IMG/VR virus record: IMGVR_UViG_3300027772_001073
Coordinates: 1-30,174 of that record
Origin: a virus
Taxonomy: Duplodnaviria; Caudoviricetes
Reading direction: 5' to 3' (one strand)
Length of the DNA stretch: 30,174 nucleotides
The position numbers and the translations under genes are program-made. The stretch's first letter is position 1; each line of letters starts with the position of its first letter. The notes under the pieces were generated by a model. The model searched no databases and was not told the DNA's origin. It saw nothing but the letters and a program-made list of their open reading frames with translations. This document shows, one piece after another, positions 17,126 to 25,305 of the stretch.

Positions 17126-19707
17126 GATTTTTGGATCAGCACTAACTTATCTACTTTTCTAACCAATTTCCAGCCTTGTTGGATAAGATTGTTAATTTCT
17201 TGATATACAGTAGGGCATACTGTTTCGTCATACAGATGAGCCATAATATATCCATTAGATTTAATGTAAGTAGTCCAATAATCTAAGGTCATTTTTAGTC
17301 TAGGGTTTTGGTGAATATCAATAATACACAAATCAACTTGCTGGTTCCACTGGTCGGTATTTTCAATTAATTGAATATTTGAATAATTTTCAGTAATAGT
17401 TTTCCATGCTGCTTTTCCAGTCATATCATTTTTAAAATTGTTTTCTAATGTTGTTAGAAACTCTAATGCTTTAAGTTCAGATATATCATTTTCTGTTGCC
17501 GCATCAACTAGTTGCTGTTTAATCCAAGACTGTGTACTGTCAAACTGATTCTTTAAAACTCCGTTATGAAATTCTTCAAAGCTGTTAATTTGGATATTGC
17601 TGTTTGCTCTAGCCATAATTGCCGCACGTCCTCCTAATGTAGAATTTGTTTCTACAACTATACTGTCGGTTGGTAGACGGTTAGTAAAATTTAGCAACAT
17701 TTTACGTTCGGAAAGAGACAGAGAGGAAAAACAACTTTCCATAGGCAAAGTATTCTGTTGTACTATTGAAGAAGTAACTTTTGAACTATCAGAAGACATA
17801 TAAAATATCTTACGTTGCTGTGTCTTTTTAGACTCTGCCCACTTGCCAGTTTGTTTATATTCATAATTAAACCCCTCTGTGGTTACTATAGCCCTGTGCA
17901 GGTTCGTAAAGAAAAACTTAAAATCTGTTTGATAATTTCCACCTTCGTCAATTTTAAACCAAATATCTGCGCTATATGAATGGCTATCTGGTGAGATTGC
18001 AAAGATAAAATCTTTATGATCTAGATCTTTATTAAACTGTATTGAAATCTCATACCCACCACGAACTCTCCACAGCATTCTTAACAATCCAAAAACTTCA
18101 TTCATTACGCTGTCGGCAAAGACACCTTGACCGGAGTTAATGATATTAAAATCAAAGTTTTCGTATTCGACACTATCGTTAATGTATTCTGAATCAAATT
18201 TAACAGAAAAGTGATCTGTAATCTCGCCCACTTTATGTACATTTGATAATATGCCGCCACTTTCTTTACATAGATGTAGCCACATGTGCATTAATTTGAT
18301 TCTAATGTGTCTATGTACTCGTGTATTGGTGAAATCTAATGTATACCAACCGCCTAACCATGACTTGTCTCTAGGATTAATATTAAACTTTTCTCGATCG
18401 TCGTATGCAGAACCGTAATTATCTCCAAGGCCTGGCCCTGGGCTAACTGCATAGATCCTGGCTCTATGATTCCACAGCATATTAAAACTGTGCGCAAATG
18501 CTTCTATATCCTCTCCAGGAGCACCGATAACCCAACACGCAGATACTTTCATACCTACCGTATGTGAATCTATAATATTTTGATTAATTTCTGCTACTGT
18601 ATTCTTTTTATTAATGGCCAATAGGACTTTATCACTTCCAGTTTCAATACCGTAGTTAAATCCCTGACATCCGGCACGTGCCATGAGTTGATAAAATTCT
18701 AAATCCATTCGGCCATCACAGCGAGCATATCCCCACCATGTAAACCCAAGATTCCTATCTACTAACTCTTCGCAAAATCTTTTAAATTCTTTTAAGTTTC
18801 CATTCATTAAACTATCAACAAATGAAACAAATCCTATTTCGTACTTTAAGACCTGATGTGCTAGTTCATCTACTACGTTACTTGCACCCCTGTCTCTAAA
18901 TTTCCAATAGTATACTTCTGTACAGTAACTACATTTAGCAATACATCCTCTACTGATCTCAGCACAAATGCTGTTCTTACCCCAATACTTTTCCAAATCA
19001 AAATCGCTGTAATCGGGATAAGGAAGACTATCAATATCAATACGTGTGTCGCTGTATAGGCTACCGATTTTAGGTTCTACTGGTTTGATACCACTTTCCC
19101 AGTTGTTTAAAAAATCTAGTATTGTTTGTTCGCTTTCTCCAATAAAATAATAGTCCACACCTTTCGATGTTCTAAAATTACGTTCGTGACATTCCGGTCC
19201 ACCAAAAATAATAGTAATATCGGGTCTACGTTTTTTAATCTCAGTGACCATCCATCTTGTGGGAAGAATGTTTGTATAGTAAGTACTAAACCCTATAATA
19301 TCTGGGTCATCTTTTAGTAATAGTTCTAGGTACTCTTTTAGAATAGGCTCATAGGTAGGATGAATACGAGTATGGTAATCTCCTTCTTGCCACCACCAAT
19401 AGTTAGCACCGTTCCATGCATCTGCCAGATCAGGATTAGCATCTTTCAGTGCGTAATGAGATTCAACATTAAAATCAAATACTCTTAAAGGATAGCCTGA
19501 CTCTCTTATTAAACTTGCTAGTCTAGCAAGATTATAAGGAGGCATATAGATAGCCCAACTTCCCAGCACACACAATGTAAATTTTGTTTTGCGAGTAGAA
19601 TTAGAAAAGTCTACAGACTTTACATTTAATCTTGGTCTTCGTATATTGGATGCTTCTACGTTCTTAGGAATTAAGTTTTGTGCAATCCACGTGTCTTTGT
19701 CTAACAT
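17122..19707 (-). CDS. Cobalamin-dependent (class B-like) radical SAM protein fused to a degenerate class I methyltransferase-like domain
   Basis: B12-binding region (PPYNLARL, DIIGFS, IFGGPE); SRGCIAKCSYC; YGIETGS; C-terminal VVETNSTLGG..DLCIID..IKSNGYIMAH. Confidence 0.88.
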   Translation of the reverse strand: MLDKDTWIAQNLIPKNVEASNIRRPRLNVKSVDFSNSTRKTKFTLCVLGSWAIYMPPYNLARLASLIRESGYPLRVFDFNVESHYALKDANPDLADAWNGANYWWWQEGDYHTRIHPTYEPILKEYLELLLKDDPDIIGFSTYYTNILPTRWMVTEIKKRRPDITIIFGGPECHERNFRTSKGVDYYFIGESEQTILDFLNNWESGIKPVEPKIGSLYSDTRIDIDSLPYPDYSDFDLEKYWGKNSICAEISRGCIAKCSYCTEVYYWKFRDRGASNVVDELAHQVLKYEIGFVSFVDSLMNGNLKEFKRFCEELVDRNLGFTWWGYARCDGRMDLEFYQLMARAGCQGFNYGIETGSDKVLLAINKKNTVAEINQNIIDSHTVGMKVSACWVIGAPGEDIEAFAHSFNMLWNHRARIYAVSPGPGLGDNYGSAYDDREKFNINPRDKSWLGGWYTLDFTNTRVHRHIRIKLMHMWLHLCKESGGILSNVHKVGEITDHFSVKFDSEYINDSVEYENFDFNIINSGQGVFADSVMNEVFGLLRMLWRVRGGYEISIQFNKDLDHKDFIFAISPDSHSYSADIWFKIDEGGNYQTDFKFFFTNLHRAIVTTEGFNYEYKQTGKWAESKKTQQRKIFYMSSDSSKVTSSIVQQNTLPMESCFSSLSLSERKMLLNFTNRLPTDSIVVETNSTLGGRAAIMARANSNIQINSFEEFHNGVLKNQFDSTQSWIKQQLVDAATENDISELKALEFLTTLENNFKNDMTGKAAWKTITENYSNIQLIENTDQWNQQVDLCIIDIHQNPRLKMTLDYWTTYIKSNGYIMAHLYDETVCPTVYQEINNLIQQGWKLVRKVDKLVLIQKS

Positions 19708-19710
19708 TTT

Positions 19711-20532
19711 TTAACTCGCTTTATAATCTTTTAATATCTTAATATCATAACCAGTTGATGGAGTAATAGGGTAATGCCAGTTAACAAATGCAGAGTCATA
19801 TCTTGTACCACTGTCTCCAATATTAACATTCATTTCATCAGGAAAAAACTTTCCTAGGTTATCGTCATAAATTCCGGAATTTATTCTAGGTAAATTATTA
19901 GAAACTTTTTTTAAAATAATTCCTATCTGTCCCATATAATTAGCAATATGTATGTTTCTACAATCGAATCCAGCACATATCAATTGATATACTAACAACG
20001 AATGTGTATACTTATTATGATGTCCAAAACAACACCAAAGAATATCATCAGTCATATCATTATAGGGTACGGTAAGTGCTAGTATTCCGCCTTCATTTAA
20101 ATCATCATAGATTTTATCTAAAAAGTTTCCAGGATTTCTAATGTGCTCCAATACATGAGAACACCATATAGCATCAAATTTTTGATTAAAGATAACATCC
20201 ATGTAATCATCTGTATGATCAGGGGTATACCCTGGATGAGATTGTAATCTAGCGTACACTCCTGCAGGTTCTAAACTAGTTACTTTTTTATCTAAAAATT
20301 TAAAAATCCAGCTGGCCATGCCATCACCTGAGCCTATATCTAATACAGTATTAAATTCTGTTTTTAGTAAGGCTAACAATGTCAAATGAGCAAACCAAAG
20401 AGGTTGCTTTAACACCTGAGAATTATGTGCTATTGTAAATTCAAACGCATTATTAGTCCACGGCAATGGGTTGATTTGTTTTAATGTTATAAATTCGTCC
20501 TGAAACGCAATGTCATCAAATACTTTGTACAT
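19711..20532 (-). CDS. Class I SAM-dependent methyltransferase
   Basis: VLDIGSGDG, FDAIWCSHVLEH, LNEGGILALTVP. Confidence 0.9.
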   Translation of the reverse strand: MYKVFDDIAFQDEFITLKQINPLPWTNNAFEFTIAHNSQVLKQPLWFAHLTLLALLKTEFNTVLDIGSGDGMASWIFKFLDKKVTSLEPAGVYARLQSHPGYTPDHTDDYMDVIFNQKFDAIWCSHVLEHIRNPGNFLDKIYDDLNEGGILALTVPYNDMTDDILWCCFGHHNKYTHSLLVYQLICAGFDCRNIHIANYMGQIGIILKKVSNNLPRINSGIYDDNLGKFFPDEMNVNIGDSGTRYDSAFVNWHYPITPSTGYDIKILKDYKAS

Positions 20533-21240
20533 TCAGGTTCCTTTTGGTCTATAAGACCAGCCTACCAGTGCTCGTTTTTCTTTAACTCCGTTAGCAGGAA
20601 AGTTATCGCTAGAATGGAAAGAATGCCTACTCATTGCAAGCAGATCACCTTTTTTCCATGGAAAAATTGTTTCAATGGTCAAATAATTTAGTATATTTCG
20701 TGCCTTAGGCTCTTGTGTTAAATATTTTTGATATGTTTCTTCACTGATAGAATAGTTAGGTTGTATCTTATTTTCTGCAATCCATCTTCCTGGATTTTTT
20801 GTATAAGTTGATTCTTCTTCAAACACAATTGTATGACTATTATAATCGTCTAATGGCACTAAGAATGTCCAAGCATAATCTAAATGATCTGGTAATATAG
20901 TTGCTGCAACGTCTTGATCGTCATACGAATCTGAATGTATTCCGTAAGGAATAAATGCATTTAATATATGCCAGTTTGCACAGTCAATATGTGAACCAAA
21001 TTCTTTTTGAATTTTTGTTTGTACCATTTCGTACAGCTGATTTTTACGTGATTCGCCTGGGTAAAAATAATTCGATCTTAAATCTACATCTGAATGAGTG
21101 TCTCCTGCATTTTGGGACATGTATACTCCTACTCGTTCGGGTTGTAAGTCTACATCTAAATCTTTAAAAATAGATTCAATTTCCGCTAATTCATCATCGG
21201 TAAAAAAGTTTGGTATGACTTTTGATGGTAATTCTTTCAT
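20533..21240 (-). CDS. 2OG-Fe(II) oxygenase-like protein
   Basis: VIPNFFTDDE N-terminus, HSD (HxD), WKKGDLL..FHSS distal His, KRAL. Confidence 0.65.
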   Translation of the reverse strand: MKELPSKVIPNFFTDDELAEIESIFKDLDVDLQPERVGVYMSQNAGDTHSDVDLRSNYFYPGESRKNQLYEMVQTKIQKEFGSHIDCANWHILNAFIPYGIHSDSYDDQDVAATILPDHLDYAWTFLVPLDDYNSHTIVFEEESTYTKNPGRWIAENKIQPNYSISEETYQKYLTQEPKARNILNYLTIETIFPWKKGDLLAMSRHSFHSSDNFPANGVKEKRALVGWSYRPKGT

Positions 21241-21366
21241 TTAATTATTTCCTTCTATAGTATCTGGTTTTTGTAAAACTATTAATGATTCAACTTTTGC
21301 AATTAGTCTCCAACCTTGTTGTATTAAATTATTAAATTCAAGCATAACATCCGGACATACAATGTA
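21241..21366 (-). pseudogene. Truncated remnant paralogous to the C-terminus of the 861-aa B12 radical SAM protein
   Basis: YIVCPDVMLEFNNLIQQGWRLIAKVESLIVLQKPDTIEGNN* versus TVCPTVYQEINNLIQQGWKLVRKVDKLVLIQKS*; in-frame TAA immediately upstream. Confidence 0.75.
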
Positions 21367-21379
21367 TTAAAATTTATGT

Positions 21380-22435
21380 TCATTTACGATCGCCAAATAA
21401 GATATAATCTTCTTTGGTATAGCCTTCCATAACTTCGCTACCTGAACCTTGGTTCGGAGCACTGTTCTTATTGTTTAAGTCTCCGCGAATAGGAACAATG
21501 GCCCATGTACAGTAGTCTACAAAACGAGGAATTGCTTTTAATTCTTCTTCAAGGCTTAGAGTTTCTTCACGATTATGCGGAGCCATCATAAATTTAATTT
21601 CAAGGTGTCCTAGCTTGCCGTGTTCTACTTTTTCAGCAACAATAGCTTCAATAACCTTAACAAGTTTAGGTCTGTCATAAAACTCAAAGTGTACACTGAT
21701 GTTTAGGTCACCGTAGTGTATGATTTCTTGATAATAATCTGGCTTGCGACTACCGTTACTATGTAAACTTACGTGATGTCCCATGGCGTTTAAATAACGC
21801 AACCAGTCTAAGAAATGTTTATTAGCAGTAGGTTCACCACCACTAATGATAAAGTTAACAGCTTCACCTTTGGTAAACTTATCTTCGATGAGGTTAGTGG
21901 CCTTCATCAAATCTTCTAATGATTTATGCGGGTCAGTATTATTGTGAATCCAAGGCCAGCAGTAGCTACAATCATAATTGCAACGGCGCCCTATTTCCCA
22001 ATATACTTGTTTCTGTGTACTAGCATGGGTGCGTTCCATAGCAACAAACTCAGTTTGTTCATTGTTTCTAAGATCGTGATTTGTGGGTAACCCTTGACCT
22101 CTAAGCAATAACGGTTTAAATTCTATCTTTTGTGTTTTGGGGATAAACAAATCTGCACCACAGGAGCAGACATTGCGCTTACAGTCTATCCAATCTTCAG
22201 GAACTGAAAAGTCGTCCCAAACACTGCCTAAACGGCCGCCTACTCTACAACTAGCAGTCCAAACTCCGCCATCCATGTCAATGTATAAGCTGTCAACTCC
22301 TGCGCCACATTTCCAATTTGGTATGTAGTTTAGTTTGGCTCCAACCAATTCATCGGTGCTCCAATCTCGCCATTCACCATTTTGGGCATAGGTTCTAATT
22401 GGTTTTCCTGGTGTTATTTCCATAATTTTCCTCAC
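21380..22435 (-). CDS. Radical SAM protein, circularly permuted paralog of 10159-11109
   Basis: N-terminal WKCGAG..ASC..DCKRNVCSC, then CNYDCSYC, SGGEP, SNGSR. Confidence 0.9.
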   Translation of the reverse strand: MRKIMEITPGKPIRTYAQNGEWRDWSTDELVGAKLNYIPNWKCGAGVDSLYIDMDGGVWTASCRVGGRLGSVWDDFSVPEDWIDCKRNVCSCGADLFIPKTQKIEFKPLLLRGQGLPTNHDLRNNEQTEFVAMERTHASTQKQVYWEIGRRCNYDCSYCWPWIHNNTDPHKSLEDLMKATNLIEDKFTKGEAVNFIISGGEPTANKHFLDWLRYLNAMGHHVSLHSNGSRKPDYYQEIIHYGDLNISVHFEFYDRPKLVKVIEAIVAEKVEHGKLGHLEIKFMMAPHNREETLSLEEELKAIPRFVDYCTWAIVPIRGDLNNKNSAPNQGSGSEVMEGYTKEDYILFGDRK

Positions 22436-22439
22436 AGTC

Positions 22440-22445
22440 TATTTA
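22440..22445 (-). promoter_or_regulatory. Late-promoter-like TAAATA ahead of the leftward radical SAM operon
   Basis: AATAAATA-gact-GTG; spacing similar to the 3653 promoter. Confidence 0.45.
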
Positions 22446-22474
22446 TTAGCACATAATTGATTAACCAAAATAAC

Positions 22475-22503
22475 TTGACGCATAAGTAAAATGACTGTAT
22501 AAT
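22475..22503 (+). promoter_or_regulatory. Sigma70-type promoter
   Basis: TTGACG, 17 bp spacer, TATAAT; AGGAG RBS downstream. Confidence 0.75.
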
Positions 22504-22535
22504 TACTTTATTGTTAACGCACTAGGAGCAATCAA

Positions 22536-23723
22536 ATGGCAACTAAACTCAAAAAAGAATCTATCGCACTTCGTGAAAAAGCCAAACGTGACTACAGTCC
22601 AAGTTGGGTTGGTTGCGAAGCTTGGGATGAAAACCAGTTTCTGCGTTACTTCCACAGTGCCATGAAGTACTACCGCATGGAGACCAGCGGTAAAGAGCTC
22701 AAAGTTAAAGTTATTGACTGGATGGGTAAGAATGGTTACGACAAAAAGACCATTGCGTCATTTAAGAAAACCAAAGACAATCGTTGCTCCTTAACTGTAG
22801 GTTCTATTGCTGCCTGCTTGCTCAAAGGTATGCAGAGCACACGCCCGGACTTTAACAATGGACGCGATACAGCCACTTGGTTAGGTGCGGAAATTGCTAA
22901 AATTATTGACGAAGGTAAGAACGACATTGATGAAGATGCAGTCAAAGCGGCGGCGGATGCTAACAAGCCTGTAGTCTACACACCTAGTATCCAAGAACGA
23001 GTTCGCGATGCTGCCTTGGCAATGACGGAAGAAATTGAAGATGCTATTGAGAGCTTTCAACTTAATCCTGCAGACTTTGATCCTAAGGCATTTAAGGTAC
23101 TGAACTTGCTCAAAGCCAAGGGCGCAAAGGCAGCTCATGCACGTATTATCCGTGACTTCTATGCCAGCAACATGGCGGAACTTGAAGAACTTCTAGGCGA
23201 TGCCCCAGAAGAACAGTTACGCGAAGGCTACAAACATCGTACACGCCGTCAGGTCAAAGCTCTGTTGGCATTCTATCAAGAGATTGAATCTGCCTGCACT
23301 ATGCTAGGCCAAGAAGCCAAATTGAATAAAAAGCCTCGTGCTAAGAAAGAACAGCCCAAGGACAAGATTGTTGCCAAACTTAAATTTAAGAAAACTGATG
23401 AGCCGTTAAAACTAGTGTCTGTAAATCCTGTGGATATCATTGGTGCTAAGGAACTGTGGGTGTTTAACACTAAGACTCGTAAACTTGGCAAGTATGTTGC
23501 AGAAGAATACAAAGAGTTGGGTGTAAAAGGCACTACAATTACAGGCTTTAGTGAGATGCAGAGTGTACAAAAGACTCTGCGCAAGCCAGTGGATCAACTC
23601 AAAGAGTTTAAGGCAGCAGGTAAGGTACAGTTGCGTAAGTTCTTAGATGAGATCAATGCAGTAGATACCAAGATGAATGGTCGCTTAAACGAAGAGACTA
23701 TCTTACTTAAAGTATCAAATTAA
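22536..23723 (+). CDS. Hypothetical basic phage protein (probably early)
   Basis: 395 aa, strong RBS and promoter; no motif recognised. Confidence 0.8.
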   Translation: MATKLKKESIALREKAKRDYSPSWVGCEAWDENQFLRYFHSAMKYYRMETSGKELKVKVIDWMGKNGYDKKTIASFKKTKDNRCSLTVGSIAACLLKGMQSTRPDFNNGRDTATWLGAEIAKIIDEGKNDIDEDAVKAAADANKPVVYTPSIQERVRDAALAMTEEIEDAIESFQLNPADFDPKAFKVLNLLKAKGAKAAHARIIRDFYASNMAELEELLGDAPEEQLREGYKHRTRRQVKALLAFYQEIESACTMLGQEAKLNKKPRAKKEQPKDKIVAKLKFKKTDEPLKLVSVNPVDIIGAKELWVFNTKTRKLGKYVAEEYKELGVKGTTITGFSEMQSVQKTLRKPVDQLKEFKAAGKVQLRKFLDEINAVDTKMNGRLNEETILLKVSN

Positions 23724-25204
23724 GCAAACACAGAAGTAACAGAGTACCATTGGGTAGTGGTCATTGCTACATATTCAGCAAATGCACCAACACCTAATGT
23801 TACTGCGGAGTTTGCGCTGGCACTATTAACAGCCGCTCCAGTAGCTGGGTAAACTTTAAGATCGTTTGCTCCGCCATTTCTGATCATAACTCTCATACCA
23901 GCTGTGGCTGTTGGTAACCGTACACCCGTGCTGGCCGCCACAGTGGTAACATTATTAATAGACTTAGTCAATGCCGTGGCATCTCCTTGTACAGTTCCAG
24001 CGGCTGTAAGTGCGGCACCAGTACTATAAGACATAATGTCACCATTGAACACCAATGCCGTGCTGGTTGTTAATGCGCTGGTACTTGAAGCATACACTAT
24101 ACCGCCTGCAGTAAATGATGTTAGGCCAGTACCGCCTGACGTTGTTGCCAGTGTAGCTGATAGTCCACCAGCAGTGCCACTTGTATTGGCAGCATTATTT
24201 GGAATGTCTGCAGATACTAATTGTCTAAAAGTAGCAGTGGTTGCTGATCCAGTTGCTGGCCCAGCATATACATAGTTGGCTGTTTGATTACCCGAGATTC
24301 CCGAGGCAGTGCCACTTGTATTGGCAGCATTATTTGGAATGTCTGCAGATACTAATTGTCTAAAAGTGGCAGTGGCGGCGGCACCAAGTGTTGGTCCAGC
24401 ATAGACATAATTGGCTGTTTGATTGCCAGTAATGCCTGCGGCTGTACCAGATGTATTTTGATTAAGAGTAGGAACGTCGCCGGCAGCAATGGTGTTCCAT
24501 CCAGGGGCAGCACCATTAGTTCCGTCGCCAGTCATGGTTATGAATTTCTTTGTGGCAGTTGTATTTGGTGCTAGTAACGTAGTTGTATCAGTGTTACTTT
24601 GATAAGGCATTGAGCCTAGCAAGGTAGTGCTGTTTCCTCCTACTAGATTAGTAGCTTTGGTTGCAGTTCCTGCTGTAGTTGCGGAGCCTGCTGTGGTTGC
24701 TGAACCAGCACTGCCATCAATGTTGACCCCAGTTAAAGATAAAGTAGCAGATGCTCGGTCAAGTCCTACAGCAGTTGTACCAATATACACTGTAGAATTA
24801 GTTAACACTGCACTAGGAATTGTTCCAGATAGTTGGCCAGCTGGTAAGTTGGTTAAACTTGCTCCACTGCCGCTAAAAATAGTAGAACTTAGTGTGCCTG
24901 TTGCTGAATTAAATCTTAAACTTGAATTTGCATGTACTGCTTCATCTGCAGTTATGGCTGTGACAAATGCTAGGTAGTTGGTGGCGGTAGTGAGGTCTTC
25001 AGAAACACTAACCGCGCCGCCTGTTGTAGTAGTAGCATTAGTAATGGTTATAGTGTCATTAGCTGTATCTGTAGTAATATCAATGCCGGTACCAGCAACT
25101 ATTGTTAAGGTATCGCCAACAATCTCAGCACCAATAGTAACTTCATTAGGTAGTATTAAAATTTTTCTGAACGCATCCGTGGTTGCTACTGTACTAACTG
25201 GCAT
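23720..25204 (-). CDS. Tail fibre-like Thr/Ala/Gly-rich structural protein
   Basis: DTLTIVAGTGIDITTD, FSGSGASLTNLP, LNQNTSGTA and GGTGLTSFTAGG motifs; TAAATA at 25226-25231 and AAGGA RBS. Confidence 0.75.
   Translation of the reverse strand: MPVSTVATTDAFRKILILPNEVTIGAEIVGDTLTIVAGTGIDITTDTANDTITITNATTTTGGAVSVSEDLTTATNYLAFVTAITADEAVHANSSLRFNSATGTLSSTIFSGSGASLTNLPAGQLSGTIPSAVLTNSTVYIGTTAVGLDRASATLSLTGVNIDGSAGSATTAGSATTAGTATKATNLVGGNSTTLLGSMPYQSNTDTTTLLAPNTTATKKFITMTGDGTNGAAPGWNTIAAGDVPTLNQNTSGTAAGITGNQTANYVYAGPTLGAAATATFRQLVSADIPNNAANTSGTASGISGNQTANYVYAGPATGSATTATFRQLVSADIPNNAANTSGTAGGLSATLATTSGGTGLTSFTAGGIVYASSTSALTTSTALVFNGDIMSYSTGAALTAAGTVQGDATALTKSINNVTTVAASTGVRLPTATAGMRVMIRNGGANDLKVYPATGAAVNSASANSAVTLGVGAFAEYVAMTTTQWYSVTSVFA
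24171..24367. repeat. Intragenic tandem duplication (135 bp period) with an identical 62 bp core
   Basis: 24171-24232 equals 24306-24367; protein unit GNQTANYVYAGP..TATFRQLVSADIPNNAANTSGTA occurs twice. Confidence 0.9.
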
Positions 25205-25280
25205 TGCATATCCTTAAATATGATGTATTTATTAGAAAATATATAGTAATTTAATTCTAAAATTTTAACTCGCAGCAAGA

Positions 25281-25286
25281 TAAATA
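25281..25286 (+). promoter_or_regulatory. Late-promoter-like TAAATA (divergent pair with 25226-25231 on the minus strand)
   Basis: GATAAATACT about 20 nt upstream of the structural gene start. Confidence 0.5.
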
Positions 25287-25305
25287 CTCTAAAGAGAACA
25301 TTTCT

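Noticed and set aside
24171-24367. CRISPR-like or guide-RNA array
   Set aside because: Only two copies, in frame within a coding sequence; no short-repeat array seen anywhere in the window.
24036-25217. Several + strand ORFs antisense to the fibre gene (and similar short antisense ORFs elsewhere)
   Set aside because: Expected mirror frames of Thr/Ala/Gly-rich coding DNA; no RBS or motifs.
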